Assembly: GCA_902538695.1 (NCBI GenBank) | Contig: CACBGC010000001.1 | Coordinates: 1 to 40,573, forward strand | Source: an uncultured Synechococcaceae cyanobacterium | GTDB lineage: Bacteria > Cyanobacteriota > Cyanobacteriia > PCC-6307 > Cyanobiaceae | Direction of reading: 5' to 3' | Length of the DNA: 40,573 nucleotides | Part shown: positions 1 to 10,861 of the stretch, one piece after another | Layout: each line of letters begins with the position of its first letter | Position numbering within the stretch: position 1 is the stretch's first letter | Program-made: the position numbers and the translations under genes | The notes under the pieces: generated by a model | What the model saw: the letters and a program-made list of their open reading frames with translations, nothing else | Database searches by the model: none | What the model was told of the DNA's origin: nothing

Positions 1-1
1 T

Positions 2-403
2 ACAAATGAAGATGTAGGAATCGCATTAGGCAAAGCATTTTCAAAAGCCTTGGGAGAGAGAAAAGGAATAAGCAGATTTGGACATTTCTTTGCCCCATTA
101 GATGAAGCATTAGTTCAAGTCACTTTAGACTGCTCTGGCAGACCGCATCTATCTTATGATCTTCAATTAAAAGCCCCTAGAATAGGAAATTATGATACTG
201 AACTAGTAAGAGAGTTTTTTATTGCCTTTGTAAATAACAGCGGTATTACTCTGCATATTAACCAAATACGAGGAAGTAATTCACATCACATAGTTGAGGC
301 GTGCTTTAAGGCTTTTTCAAGAGCAATTAGAATGGCTGCCGAGATAGATCCAAGAAGATCTGATTCAATTCCAAGCAGTAAAGGATTGTTAGAAAAACAA
401 TAA
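2..403 (+). CDS. hisB: Imidazoleglycerol-phosphate dehydratase, 5'-truncated by the window edge
   Basis: Frame is open from position 2 ([10 protein letters not shown]...). It carries the IGPD motifs PLDEAL, SGRP and [11 protein letters not shown]. Confidence 0.97.
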   Translation, partial: TNEDVGIALGKAFSKALGERKGISRFGHFFAPLDEALVQVTLDCSGRPHLSYDLQLKAPRIGNYDTELVREFFIAFVNNSGITLHINQIRGSNSHHIVEACFKAFSRAIRMAAEIDPRRSDSIPSSKGLLEKQ

Positions 404-475
404 AATAGGAATTTTTTCGAATCAGCCACAATTCAGTTGATTTTTGGCGAAGATAGAAGAAGTGTCTATTTTGCT

Positions 476-1960
476 GTGACTCATTTACAAGAGAAAAAAA
501 TTGATAAATTTAATATTTTTAAAAAAGAAGATTGGTCAAGTGCTTATCAAAATGTAGAAAAGGAGCTAACTAAAGAACCTCTAAAAATTTGCAAAGGTAA
601 TAATATTAAAAATTTAAATGGAACATTATTAAGAAATGGACCAGGAATATTAGAGCGAGGTGGACAATGGGTACATCATCCATTTGATGGTGATGGGATG
701 ATAACATCCATAAAATTCGAAAATGGTCAGCCATTCTTAACAAATAGATTTGTTAAAACTAAAGGCTATTTGGAAGAAGAAAAAATAGATAAATTTATTT
801 ATAGAGGTGTTTTTGGAACACAAAAAAATGGAGGAATTCTAAATAATGCATTAGATCTAAAATTTAAGAATATCGCTAATACACATGTCATTAAATTAGG
901 TGATGAAATTCTCGCATTATGGGAAGCAGCAGGTCCACATGCAATGGATCCTGATAGTCTTGAAACTATTGGTTTAACAACATTAAAAGGAGTACTTAAG
1001 TCTAACGAAGCATTCAGTGCTCATCCCAAAACAGACCTAAACTCAAATGCATCTTCAGAACTTTTAGTCACTTTTGGAGTCCAAACCGGGCCAAAAAGTA
1101 CTATTAGATTAATGGAATTTGATAATGCCGGTACAAATTCTGGAGAGCTCATTTTTGACAGAAAAGATACATTTAATGGCTTTGCATTCCTTCATGATTT
1201 CGCAATTACAACTAATTGGGCAATATTTTTACAGAATGCTATTGATTTCAATCCTCTTCCATTTGTGATGGGGCAAAGAGGAGCAGCACAATGTCTAAAA
1301 TCAAACCCAAATAAAAAGGCAAAGTTTTTTATTATTCCCAGAGAAAGTGGATTATTTAGAGGACAGCCTCCTGTAACAATAGATGCTCCAGAAGGATTCG
1401 TTTTTCATCATGTAAACGCATTTGAAAAAGATTCCAAAATCATATTAGATAGTATTTTTTATGATGATTTCCCATCAGTTGGTCCAGACGAGAATTTTAG
1501 GGATATTGACTTTGATAAATATCCAGAAGGAAAACTTAAAAGATCAATCATCGATCTAAAGACAAAAACTTGTGAACTTGAAACTTTCAGTGAACAATGT
1601 TGTGAATTTGCTGTTGTTAATCCTAAAAACTTAGGATTAAAAGCAACTTTTAGTTGGATGGCAAGCACATCTCAATTAGTGGGGAACGCTCCACTTCAAG
1701 CAATAAAAAAAATAAATTTAACTTCTAAGGAAGAGATTTTTTGGTCAGCAGGTCCAAGTGGATTTGTTAGTGAACCAATTATGGTTCCATCAGAAAACTC
1801 TTCAAAAGAAGATGAGGGCTTTTTATTTATACTTCTATGGAACGGAGAAAGAAGAGGAAGCGATTTAGTGATATTAGACGCAAAAGACTTAAAAGAATTA
1901 GCTGTTTATGAATTACCCATTTCAATTCCTCATGGCCTTCATGGATCTTGGGTTAATTGA
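476..1960 (+). CDS. Carotenoid cleavage oxygenase (RPE65/lignostilbene dioxygenase family)
   Basis: RNGPG and HPFDGDG motifs plus four Fe-ligand His contexts (SAHP, LHDF, FHH, GLHG). The start is either GTG at 476 or TTG at 437. Confidence 0.92.
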   Translation: MTHLQEKKIDKFNIFKKEDWSSAYQNVEKELTKEPLKICKGNNIKNLNGTLLRNGPGILERGGQWVHHPFDGDGMITSIKFENGQPFLTNRFVKTKGYLEEEKIDKFIYRGVFGTQKNGGILNNALDLKFKNIANTHVIKLGDEILALWEAAGPHAMDPDSLETIGLTTLKGVLKSNEAFSAHPKTDLNSNASSELLVTFGVQTGPKSTIRLMEFDNAGTNSGELIFDRKDTFNGFAFLHDFAITTNWAIFLQNAIDFNPLPFVMGQRGAAQCLKSNPNKKAKFFIIPRESGLFRGQPPVTIDAPEGFVFHHVNAFEKDSKIILDSIFYDDFPSVGPDENFRDIDFDKYPEGKLKRSIIDLKTKTCELETFSEQCCEFAVVNPKNLGLKATFSWMASTSQLVGNAPLQAIKKINLTSKEEIFWSAGPSGFVSEPIMVPSENSSKEDEGFLFILLWNGERRGSDLVILDAKDLKELAVYELPISIPHGLHGSWVN

Positions 1961-1962
1961 AT

Positions 1963-2538
1963 TTAAGAAAAAATTTTAATTAAATCTGGAATAATTTTTT
2001 TTAATGCTTTACCTCTATGACTACAAGAGTCTTTAATATCATTATTCATTTCTGCAAAAGTTAATCTGGTAGAACTCTCCTCAAAAATCGGGTCATAACC
2101 AAAACCACTTTGCCCTCTGGGGTTTAAGATAATATTTCCATGACATTTGGCCTCAGATTCAATAATCACTTCACCATTTGGGGAACAAACACAAATATTA
2201 GCAATAAAGAAAGCACTTCTATTTTGAACTCCATCAAGTTCTCTTAAAACTCGTTCAATTCTCTTCTGGTCATTTTCTGCATATCTAGATGAGTAAATAC
2301 CAGGCTTACCACCTAGTGCTTCAATACAAATTCCTGAATCATCTGCAATTGAAAAATTATTCGTTTTTCTCGAAACTTCACTAGCTTTTTTAATTGCATT
2401 ATCTTTAAATGTCAGTCCGTCCTCTTCAACTTCTAATGATTCTGGCTGGAGTAACAATTTACAATTAACTCCAGTAAGTAATTTCTTATATTCTTTAATT
2501 TTACCTTTATTCTTACTCGCTAAAAATAAATTTTTCAT
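1963..2538 (-). CDS. rdgB: Non-canonical purine NTP pyrophosphatase (RdgB/HAM1)
   Basis: ASKNKGK, ADDSG, FGYDPIF and SHRGKA motifs. ATG at 2538 is preferred over the start at 2577 that overlaps the next gene. Confidence 0.95.
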   Translation of the reverse strand: MKNLFLASKNKGKIKEYKKLLTGVNCKLLLQPESLEVEEDGLTFKDNAIKKASEVSRKTNNFSIADDSGICIEALGGKPGIYSSRYAENDQKRIERVLRELDGVQNRSAFFIANICVCSPNGEVIIESEAKCHGNIILNPRGQSGFGYDPIFEESSTRLTFAEMNNDIKDSCSHRGKALKKIIPDLIKIFS

Positions 2539-2540
2539 CC

Positions 2541-3995
2541 TTATTTTCCTGCCAAATTTATAAATTCTTGACCCCACTCTAATACCTCAATTAGATAAGA
2601 TTCTTTTGGTGCTTCACAATATAACCTTAAAAGAGGTTCCGTTCCTGAAAACCTAAAAAGAAGCCAAAAATTTTTATCAATTCTCAACTTTATTCCATCG
2701 ATCTTTGAGATACTTTTTAACTTGTGATTATTAATATTCTCAGGAATATTATCTATTATAAATTCTTTTACGTTATTTTTTTCTAACTGATTTGGAAAAT
2801 TAATATCAATTCTTTTATAAAAACTTGGCCCAAAATCTTCTTGAATATTATCTAAGGTTTCATATAAATATTGAGATTTTTCAGCAATTCCATTTAATAA
2901 AACCATCGCTGCATATAGAGCATCTCTTTCAGGCATAAAGTCACCAAAACCAACTCCCCCAGATTCCTCTCCTCCAATAAATATTTTTTCTTTAATCATT
3001 TTTTCAGCAATATATTTAAAGCCAACTGGAAGTTCAAAAACATCTCTATTTTGACTCTCTGATATATTTTTAATAATATCTGAACCACTAACAGTCTTTA
3101 AAACTGGATAAGAATTATTTTTAATTTCGCCCAAATAGCTAATAAAGTATGGCAGTAAATCTTGAGTACTAGAGTATCTTCCTTTTTCATCAATTGCCGC
3201 AATTCTATCACCATCACCATCAAATATAATTCCTAAAGTTTTCACTTCATTTGTTGAATTTTTCTTCAGTGTTTGCTTTAGATCATCTGCATAACTCAAA
3301 AGAGGTTCAGGAGGTTTTCCTCCAAAAAAAGGATCAGCATCTTTCCTGATTTCTGAAATCACTTCTAAATTATTAGAAGCAAAAATCTCATCCATACAAT
3401 TTGCAGCTGAACCATGCATAGAATCTACAAAAATTCTCAATTTCATTTTTTTTAATCTTTTGGAAATATAGTCAATATCAAAAAGGGATTTAATTCTATC
3501 TAAATGAAATTTTTTAATATCTACCAAGTGATTAATACCATCTATTTTTTCAATTGAATTTCCAAGCATTAATCTTTTTTCAACTTCACTTGTAAAAGAT
3601 TCGTCAACAGAACATCCATTAAAGCTCTTTATTTTCAAACCTAGCCAATTATATGGATTGTGACTTGCTGTAATTACTAACGCTCCAAGACAACCGACTT
3701 CTTTGGCATAGAAACTACAAGAGGGTGTTGTAACAAAGCTATCAGATAAGATCGGTTCGAAACCACATCCCCTTACAAAAGGAACTATTTGCTTGGCGAA
3801 TTCACAAGCCATAAATCTACGATCATATCCAATAATAATTTTCTTTGAATTAACTTCTTTATAGTATTGATAATGCAACTCCTGACATGCAGCGACAACA
3901 ACTCTTGAAAGATTGGACAGGTTAAAGTCAAAACCAATAATTCCTCTCCAACCATCAGTTCCAAATTTTATCTTATCTAATTTATCAGCTGTCAA
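2541..3995 (-). CDS. Phosphoglucomutase/phosphomannomutase family protein
   Basis: FGTDGWRG, TASHNP (phosphoserine loop), DGDGDR (metal loop), GEESGG and RFSGTEP. Confidence 0.93.
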   Translation of the reverse strand: MTADKLDKIKFGTDGWRGIIGFDFNLSNLSRVVVAACQELHYQYYKEVNSKKIIIGYDRRFMACEFAKQIVPFVRGCGFEPILSDSFVTTPSCSFYAKEVGCLGALVITASHNPYNWLGLKIKSFNGCSVDESFTSEVEKRLMLGNSIEKIDGINHLVDIKKFHLDRIKSLFDIDYISKRLKKMKLRIFVDSMHGSAANCMDEIFASNNLEVISEIRKDADPFFGGKPPEPLLSYADDLKQTLKKNSTNEVKTLGIIFDGDGDRIAAIDEKGRYSSTQDLLPYFISYLGEIKNNSYPVLKTVSGSDIIKNISESQNRDVFELPVGFKYIAEKMIKEKIFIGGEESGGVGFGDFMPERDALYAAMVLLNGIAEKSQYLYETLDNIQEDFGPSFYKRIDINFPNQLEKNNVKEFIIDNIPENINNHKLKSISKIDGIKLRIDKNFWLLFRFSGTEPLLRLYCEAPKESYLIEVLEWGQEFINLAGK

Positions 3996-4075
3996 ATTTC
4001 AAATTTCCTTGATTTCTTTTAATTATCTATAATAATTTATATGAGTAAATTTTAAAACCGCCCTTAAAAAATAAT

Positions 4076-5494
4076 TTGAATTCTCTTCATTTAAAAAGTT
4101 TTACAAGATGCAAAAGAAAAGCATGGCTCGATTTTAAGGGTAAAAAATCTTATGAAGTTTGGTCTCCCCATAAAGCTATAGATAAAATTAATCAGTTTCA
4201 AATTTTCTCTGAATTTTGTAATGGGGAAATATATACAGGATTAAAAGCCTGCGAAAATGGTTATCAAGGGGTAATTGGATTAAAAATAAAAGAAAATCTT
4301 TTCCAAAATATAAACGCAGAGATACTTCCACAATTACTTTTAAAGACTAAAGGTAAAAGTAAATGGGGACAATATAAATATTTACCTGCTGTTTATAAGT
4401 TAGGCCACAAAACAACTAAAGAACATTTATTCGACTTAGCTTTTTGTTCAATGCTTTTGGAATCTTTTCAAGAATCTAAAATTGAGAAAGGATTAGTAAT
4501 TTCAACTTCTTATAAAACAGTTGAAGTTGAAGAAATTTATTTAAATAAAAAATTAAGAAAAAAAGTTTTAGATGTTTTATTAAATTTAAATGAATGCTTG
4601 GAGGGATCCATACCAGAAATTACTCAAGATAGAAAAAAATGTACTATTTGTTCCTGGCAAAAATTTTGTGACAAAGAAGCAAAAGAAAATGGATATCTAA
4701 CAGATATAGATGGAATAGGGTCCAAAACGGCGTCATTACTCAAAGCAAATGGAATAACTAATACCCAAATATTAGCTTCGTACAGCGAAAAACAACTTGG
4801 AGAGAAATTATCTAAATTCAAAGATCAGAAGTATGAAAAAGCATCCATATTTATAAAGCAAGCACAAGCATATACCTCTGGAGAACCATATTTCATTTCT
4901 AAAAATAAAAATTCGGAAGATCTATTAGAAAAAATATGTTCGGGATTTTATATATTTGATATTGAGTCAAATCCAGATGAAAAGCATGATTTTTTATATG
5001 GATTTTTAAAAGTAAATAATTTGTCTATAAAAAAAGAAGATCTTATTTATGAACCAATCTTAAATCTTAAAAACAATAAAGGGGAATCCTACAGGCAAAT
5101 TATTGAAATACTTTTTTCACAAAAGGAATGGCCAGTTTTGCATTACGGAGAAACTGAGAAAATATCAATAATTTCTATTGCCAAAGAACTAAATTTTAGT
5201 TTTGAAGAAATTGATTCACTTTCGTCCAGATTTATTGACTTACATACCTTTATAAGAAAGTCTTGGATATTACCACTAAAAAACTATGGCTTAAAAACTG
5301 TTTCAAATTGGCTTGGATTTGAATGGGCGCAGAAAAATGTAAGTGGCTCGAAAGCACTTTATTGGTGGATTCAATATCAAATTACAGAAAACCAAATATT
5401 TTTAAAGAAAATTATCCAATATAACAAAGATGATTGTTTTGCTACTCTACAAATTGCAGAATATTTAATCAAAAATCGATTAAAGAAAAATTGA
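4076..5494 (+). CDS. TM0106-family RecB/Cas4-like putative nuclease with HhH and RNase H-like domains
   Basis: N-terminal RCKRKAWL, Cys cluster CxxCSWxxxC, HhH motif IDGIG, and C-terminal FDIES...YNKDD. Confidence 0.85.
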   Translation: MNSLHLKSFTRCKRKAWLDFKGKKSYEVWSPHKAIDKINQFQIFSEFCNGEIYTGLKACENGYQGVIGLKIKENLFQNINAEILPQLLLKTKGKSKWGQYKYLPAVYKLGHKTTKEHLFDLAFCSMLLESFQESKIEKGLVISTSYKTVEVEEIYLNKKLRKKVLDVLLNLNECLEGSIPEITQDRKKCTICSWQKFCDKEAKENGYLTDIDGIGSKTASLLKANGITNTQILASYSEKQLGEKLSKFKDQKYEKASIFIKQAQAYTSGEPYFISKNKNSEDLLEKICSGFYIFDIESNPDEKHDFLYGFLKVNNLSIKKEDLIYEPILNLKNNKGESYRQIIEILFSQKEWPVLHYGETEKISIISIAKELNFSFEEIDSLSSRFIDLHTFIRKSWILPLKNYGLKTVSNWLGFEWAQKNVSGSKALYWWIQYQITENQIFLKKIIQYNKDDCFATLQIAEYLIKNRLKKN

Positions 5495-6316
5495 TCCTAC
5501 AGATTTATTTATAATAATTTTTCCAAATATTTCTGAAAAAAAACAACTTTCTTCCTCTAAATATTTTCTTTTTATCATCGCTAAACCTTTTATTTGACAA
5601 TCTGATTTAAAAAAACTAGTTATTTTGCCTACAGAAACATCCTTGGCAGAATTTGTATATAAATTTTTATCTTCTAAGTCTAAATTGAACTGAGATTCAA
5701 TTGATTCCCAAATTCTTATTTCCTGTTTTAAGGAAGAAACATTTTTTATTTTTGACATTGTTTCTTGTCCTAAATAACAACCTTTATTAAAATCTATAAG
5801 ATCTTGTAATCCAAGCTCAAGAGGATTGTTTTTTCCGTTTATTTCCATTTCTAATGAGGGTATTGCCTGATTAATCTTCCAAAGTTTTAAATCATTGGGA
5901 TTTAGTGAATTTAGTTTATTTTTATATATTTCAAATTCTTTATCTTCTGTTTTGAAGAAAATAGGTTGGTAAGTTCTCCATGAACTAGATTCATCAATTT
6001 CCTGAATTCTATTTATCAAGGATGGTTCACTCAGAAGTACATCGTCCGCTGGAAAAATAATTTGATTAAAGTAATCAATTATTTCATTTATGTTACCCGC
6101 CAAGATAATTACTTCTAAGCTTCTTTCTAAAAAAATAATTTCAATTAATGACCTTAAAACTCCATTTGGAGTTAACCAACAAGTTTTGATAACTTTATTT
6201 TCTGAATTAAGAATATTACCAGTTGTTATTCCATTCAAAAATTTTCTGGCATCTTTTCCAGTAATTGAAAAACAATCAAATTTTTCAAGCCAAAACTTTT
6301 TTTTTATATCTTGCAT
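5480..6316 (-). CDS. ygfZ: Folate-binding protein YgfZ (GcvT-like)
   Basis: Signature KGCYLGQE and N-terminal GKDARKFLNG. Confidence 0.9.
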   Translation of the reverse strand: MQDIKKKFWLEKFDCFSITGKDARKFLNGITTGNILNSENKVIKTCWLTPNGVLRSLIEIIFLERSLEVIILAGNINEIIDYFNQIIFPADDVLLSEPSLINRIQEIDESSSWRTYQPIFFKTEDKEFEIYKNKLNSLNPNDLKLWKINQAIPSLEMEINGKNNPLELGLQDLIDFNKGCYLGQETMSKIKNVSSLKQEIRIWESIESQFNLDLEDKNLYTNSAKDVSVGKITSFFKSDCQIKGLAMIKRKYLEEESCFFSEIFGKIIINKSVGSIFL

Positions 6317-6326
6317 TCTGAAATAA

Positions 6327-6887
6327 TTATAAAAAGTCTTTTATTGTAAAAAGACTCTTTAATTTAACATTTTCATCTTCAAGGGCTTCTAATCCCCCTT
6401 CTTGCCTATCAACTATAGACAAAACCTCCTCAACAACATAATTATTTTCTCGTAATTTTTTAATAGCTTTTATTACTGAACCAGCAGTTGTAACCACATC
6501 CTCTAAGACAGTTACCAAAGTACCTTCTTCTAATAAAGGGCCCTCTATTCCAGCTTTGGTACCGTATTTTTTGATTTCTTTCCTAATTATAAAACCATCA
6601 AGGTTTAGTCCATTCAAAGCTGCTTTAACAATTAATCCACTTACTAAAGGGTCTGCACCTAATGTCAATCCTGCTACAGCTTTTGACCTTGAATCCTTTA
6701 AATCTAAAAATAATTCACTTATTAATTTTAAGCCTTCGCCATTTAATGACACTGGTTTACAGTTAAAATAATGACTGCTTTTTTTTCCTGAAGATAAAGT
6801 AAAGTTTCCTCTCTTGTAAGATTTTTCAATTAACTGTTTTAACAATTTTGCTTTATTTAAATCATACTTATCCGAAAATTTGCCCAT
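6327..6887 (-). CDS. pyrE: Orotate phosphoribosyltransferase
   Basis: [13 protein letters not shown] and the PRPP-binding motif [11 protein letters not shown]. Confidence 0.96.
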   Translation of the reverse strand: MGKFSDKYDLNKAKLLKQLIEKSYKRGNFTLSSGKKSSHYFNCKPVSLNGEGLKLISELFLDLKDSRSKAVAGLTLGADPLVSGLIVKAALNGLNLDGFIIRKEIKKYGTKAGIEGPLLEEGTLVTVLEDVVTTAGSVIKAIKKLRENNYVVEEVLSIVDRQEGGLEALEDENVKLKSLFTIKDFL

Positions 6888-7028
6888 TAGTAAAAGTTTA
6901 ATTTATATTTAAAGATTAGAAGAAAAAAAAGAAATCTCACAAAAACTTCCTAATGAGGTGTTTTTTGAAATATTATTTTTATATTGTATATTGAAATTCA
7001 ATGTAATTAAAATTACATAAATTCCCTT

Positions 7029-7101
7029 GGGGGTGTAGCAATCTGGTGAATGCACCAAACTCATAATTTGGCTAAGGCGAGTTCGATCCTCGCCACCCCC
7101 A
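7029..7101 (+). tRNA. tRNA with CAT anticodon, probably tRNA-Ile2 (lysidine), often annotated as tRNA-Met
   Basis: Acceptor stem GGGGGTG/CACCCCC, anticodon arm CCAAA-CTCATAA-TTTGG and T-loop GTTCGAT. CCA is not encoded. Confidence 0.95.
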
Positions 7102-7119
7102 TTATTCATTTGTCATTGA

Positions 7120-8388
7120 ATGAAAATAACTCTACTTTTATTTCTTTTATTTCTACCAGCTTTTTTCGCAGCGAGTGAACTCTCTTTTTTATTAATAAGA
7201 CCAAGTAAAGTTTTAAGGTTAATAGAAGAAAAAAAGAAAGGAGCTTTTTCAATTTTTAAAATTCAAAAACGCTTTAGATCTTCACTAATTGCTACTCAAT
7301 TTGGAGTAACAATTTCATTAATTGCAATTGGATGGCTCAGCAATAACCTGGCTAATGATTATTGGAAAAGCAATATTTTATCAAATAGATTTTATGACCT
7401 TCTATTATTTTTATTTGTTGTTTTAGTTGTTACTCTTGTTTCTGGACTAATTCCAAAAGCTTTAGTAATTAACAATCCAGAATCTGCTGCATTAAGGTTA
7501 ACCACAATATTCGATGCCGTGAGAAAAGCTATGAATCCTATAGTGAAAACAATAGAATTCTTTGCTAGCGCTTGTTTAGGCTTGTTTAATTTAAATAACA
7601 AATGGGATTCTTTAAACTCTGGTTTATCTGCTGGAGAATTAGAAACTCTTATAGAAACAGATAACGTAACAGGTTTAAAACCAGATGAGAAGAATATTCT
7701 TGAAGGAGTTTTTGCTTTAAAAGATACACAGGTTAAAGAAGTGATGATTCCAAGATCTGAAATGGTAACTTTGCCAAAAAATATAACCTTTTCAGAACTA
7801 ATGAGACAAGTAGATAAAACTCGACATGCTCGCTTCTTTGTGATTGGTGAGTCTTTAGATGATGTATTAGGTGTATTAGATTTACGTTATCTAGCTAAGC
7901 CAATATCAAAAGGTGAAATGGAAGCCGATACATTACTAGAGCCATTCCTTTTACCAGTAACAAAAATAATAGAAACATGTTCACTAGCAGAAATATTTCC
8001 AATAGTAAGAGACTACAATCCGTTCTTACTAGTAGTTGATGAACACGGTGGGACAGAAGGACTTATAACTGCAGCTGATCTAAATGGCGAAATAGTTGGA
8101 GAGGAAATGCTGAATAATAGAACTTATTCAGATATGAGAATGTTAGATAATTTCTCTAAAAAATGGTCAATAGCTGGAAAATCAGAAATTGTTGAAATCA
8201 ATAAAAAAATAGGATGTTCTATTCCAGAAGGTACTGATTATTATACTCTTGCTGGATTTATGTTAGAAAAATTTCAAATGGTTCCAAAAATTGGCGACGT
8301 TTTAGATTTTAATAATATTAAATTTGAAGTTATTTCTATGTCAGGGCCAAAAATTGATCGTGTTAAAATAATTCTTCCAAAAAGCTAA
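7120..8388 (+). CDS. Hemolysin/CNNM family protein (DUF21-CBS-CBS-CorC)
   Basis: N-terminal transmembrane segments with FFAASE, VKEVMIPR, VVDEHGGTEGLIT, and a CorC-like C-terminus (TLAGF). Confidence 0.9.
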   Translation: MKITLLLFLLFLPAFFAASELSFLLIRPSKVLRLIEEKKKGAFSIFKIQKRFRSSLIATQFGVTISLIAIGWLSNNLANDYWKSNILSNRFYDLLLFLFVVLVVTLVSGLIPKALVINNPESAALRLTTIFDAVRKAMNPIVKTIEFFASACLGLFNLNNKWDSLNSGLSAGELETLIETDNVTGLKPDEKNILEGVFALKDTQVKEVMIPRSEMVTLPKNITFSELMRQVDKTRHARFFVIGESLDDVLGVLDLRYLAKPISKGEMEADTLLEPFLLPVTKIIETCSLAEIFPIVRDYNPFLLVVDEHGGTEGLITAADLNGEIVGEEMLNNRTYSDMRMLDNFSKKWSIAGKSEIVEINKKIGCSIPEGTDYYTLAGFMLEKFQMVPKIGDVLDFNNIKFEVISMSGPKIDRVKIILPKS

Positions 8389-8438
8389 ATGTGACTCCCC
8401 ATAGAGGATAATGATAATTAACATATGGATTTGAAATT

Positions 8439-9443
8439 ATGCAACCAACCTCATCACCGGTAAAGGTTGGAGTCATAGGTATTGGAAATATGGGCTGGCA
8501 TCATGCTCGAGTACTAAGTTTACTTAAAGATGCAAATCTCATTGGAGTCGCAGATCCAAATGAGGAGAGAGGGAAATTAGCTATTGAGCAATTTCAATGT
8601 GAATGGTTCAAGGATTATAAAGACCTAATTCCAAAAGTTGATGCTATCTGTATTGCTGTCCCTACACTACTTCATCAAAAAGTAGGACTAGATTGTCTTA
8701 ATGGAGGTGCTAACGTTCTCATTGAAAAACCAATTGCAGCTAACGAGTTGGAAGCAAAATCTCTAATAGAGGCTGCTAATACAAGTAACTGTTTATTACA
8801 AGTAGGGCATATTGAAAGATTTAATCCTGCTTTTAGAGAATTAAATAAAATAGTAAATAATGAAGAAATTGTTGTTTTAGAAGCAAGGAGGCACAGTCCT
8901 CATGCCGACAGAGCAAATGATGTATCTGTAGTAATGGATTTAATGATTCATGACATTGATCTTATTTTGGAGCTTGTAAACTCAAAAATACAAAAATTAG
9001 CAGCAGTTGGAGGAAGAAATAGCGAAGGATTAATAGATTATGTCAATGCTACTTTAGTTTTTAAAAATAATGTTATTGCAAGCCTAACTGCAAGCAAAAT
9101 GAGTCACAAAAAAATTAGAAGTTTAAGTGCTCACTGCCAAAATGGCCTAGTAGAAACTGATTTTTTAAATCACTCTTTGCAAATCCATCGAAAATCTAAT
9201 GAATCATACACAGCAGAGCATGGAGAATTAGTTTATAGAAATGATGGATATGTCGAAGAAGTTAGCACAACCTCCATTGAACCTCTCTATGCTGAACTGG
9301 AGCATTTTCTTAAGTGCGTTCAGGGGAAAGAAACACCCGAGGTAGATGGTGAGCAAGCCTCAAGAGCATTAAAAATAGCTGATTTTATAGAGAGTGCTGT
9401 AGAAAATTCTGGAGATGCGATTTTACTAGAAAATCCCTTCTGA
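8439..9443 (+). CDS. Gfo/Idh/MocA family oxidoreductase
   Basis: Rossmann motif GIGNMG, EKP, GHIERFNP and DLMIHDID. Confidence 0.92.
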   Translation: MQPTSSPVKVGVIGIGNMGWHHARVLSLLKDANLIGVADPNEERGKLAIEQFQCEWFKDYKDLIPKVDAICIAVPTLLHQKVGLDCLNGGANVLIEKPIAANELEAKSLIEAANTSNCLLQVGHIERFNPAFRELNKIVNNEEIVVLEARRHSPHADRANDVSVVMDLMIHDIDLILELVNSKIQKLAAVGGRNSEGLIDYVNATLVFKNNVIASLTASKMSHKKIRSLSAHCQNGLVETDFLNHSLQIHRKSNESYTAEHGELVYRNDGYVEEVSTTSIEPLYAELEHFLKCVQGKETPEVDGEQASRALKIADFIESAVENSGDAILLENPF

Positions 9444-9470
9444 TAAAGACAATCTAAACTACAAAGAATT

Positions 9471-9611
9471 TTATTTAAATCCAACTGCAGCTTGCCAAAC
9501 AAACACTAATAAAAAGAAAAATAAAGGAATCAGTGGCAGAACATCAACAGTTGGAGCAAAGGCCTTATAAGCCTCTGGCAATTCAGCGAATGTATTAAAT
9601 AGAATGAGCAC
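9471..9611 (-). CDS. psbK: Photosystem II reaction center protein K (46 aa, absent from the ORF track)
   Basis: Hand translation from GTG at 9611: [46 protein letters not shown]. Confidence 0.97.
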
Positions 9612-9644
9612 CTTTTTGATAATTTAATTAATTATGATAAGACG

Positions 9645-10763
9645 TTACCACGTATGGTGAGCAATAGAGGATGTTTTCCAAGGAGCGAAATCATTTGTAA
9701 AACAATTATCTCTAATTGCAGTAGAAATTGCGTTGGTAAATCTTATTAAGTGAGCAATATTATGCAAACTTATGAGAGTTAGGCCTAATATTTCGTCATT
9801 TCTAATTAGATGATGCAAATATGCTCGAGAATAGGATTTACAAGTTTCGCATTTACAAGTTTTATCAATCGGAGAAAAGTCATTTTTAAATCGAGCATTT
9901 CGCAAATTCAATCTTTCTTCATTAAAAAATGCAGTCCCATGTCTTCCCAGTCTAGTAGGCAAAACACAGTCAAATATATCGAATCCATTAGCAACAGCTA
10001 GAGAAATTTCTTTTAAAGAGCCAATTCCCATTAAATATCTTGGTTTATTTGTTGGTAAGAATTTCGGGACGTAATTAATTACACTATGTATTTCTTCGAC
10101 TGCCTCGCCAACACTTACACCTCCCACTGCTATTCCAGGCAAATCAAAAGAACTTGTATATTTTGCACTGTATTCTCTCAATCTCGGATACTTTCCACCT
10201 TGAACTATACCGAATAATGCTTGATTGGATTTCTGATGAGTCTCAACACATTTTTGCAACCATGAATGAGTTCTTTGTAAAGAGTCTTCAATATCATTTT
10301 CGTTAGCTGTATGCGGAGGACAATGATCAAAAGCCATAGCAACATCCGATCCAAGATCCATTTGAATCTGCATTACTTTTTCAGGTGATAAAAAAACATG
10401 ACTTCCATCTCTTGGATTTTTAAATTCCACACCTCTATCAGAAATATTATTTAATTTGGCCAAACTAAAAACTTGATATCCTCCTGAATCAGTAAGAATA
10501 GGATTAGGCCAATTCATGAACTTATGTATTCCCCCAGATTCTTTAACTAGTTTTTCTCCAGGTTGTAAATGAAGATGAAAGGTATTTGAGAGAATCATTT
10601 CTGATCCTGTAGAGGTTAACTGCTTAGATGAAATTCCTTTAACCGTTGCCAAAGTACCCACAGGCATAAATTTTGGCGTGTTTACCTGACCATTTGGTGT
10701 ATGAAATATACCAGTTCTTGCCGCTGTATTACTGCAATTCGATGTAATTTCAAATTCAAACAC
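9645..10763 (-). CDS. tgt: Queuine tRNA-ribosyltransferase
   Basis: [27 protein letters not shown] and the Zn-binding motif CKCETC...H. Confidence 0.98.
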   Translation of the reverse strand: MFEFEITSNCSNTAARTGIFHTPNGQVNTPKFMPVGTLATVKGISSKQLTSTGSEMILSNTFHLHLQPGEKLVKESGGIHKFMNWPNPILTDSGGYQVFSLAKLNNISDRGVEFKNPRDGSHVFLSPEKVMQIQMDLGSDVAMAFDHCPPHTANENDIEDSLQRTHSWLQKCVETHQKSNQALFGIVQGGKYPRLREYSAKYTSSFDLPGIAVGGVSVGEAVEEIHSVINYVPKFLPTNKPRYLMGIGSLKEISLAVANGFDIFDCVLPTRLGRHGTAFFNEERLNLRNARFKNDFSPIDKTCKCETCKSYSRAYLHHLIRNDEILGLTLISLHNIAHLIRFTNAISTAIRDNCFTNDFAPWKTSSIAHHTW

Positions 10764-10861
10764 GATAATTTATAAAATTTTTTGATCCTTTTTCATTAAT
10801 TTACCCTATTATCTAATATTGAATCTATTTTTATCTCATCAAAAAATATTTAATAAAAAAT

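Noticed and set aside
420-445. Possible hisB terminator AATCAGC...GTTGATT plus T-run
   Set aside because: The 7-bp stem is weak, with a G-U pair and a 9-nt loop, and cannot be supported by eye.
6909-7109. 66-aa - strand ORF
   Set aside because: It is antisense to the tRNA(CAT) gene and intergenic DNA.
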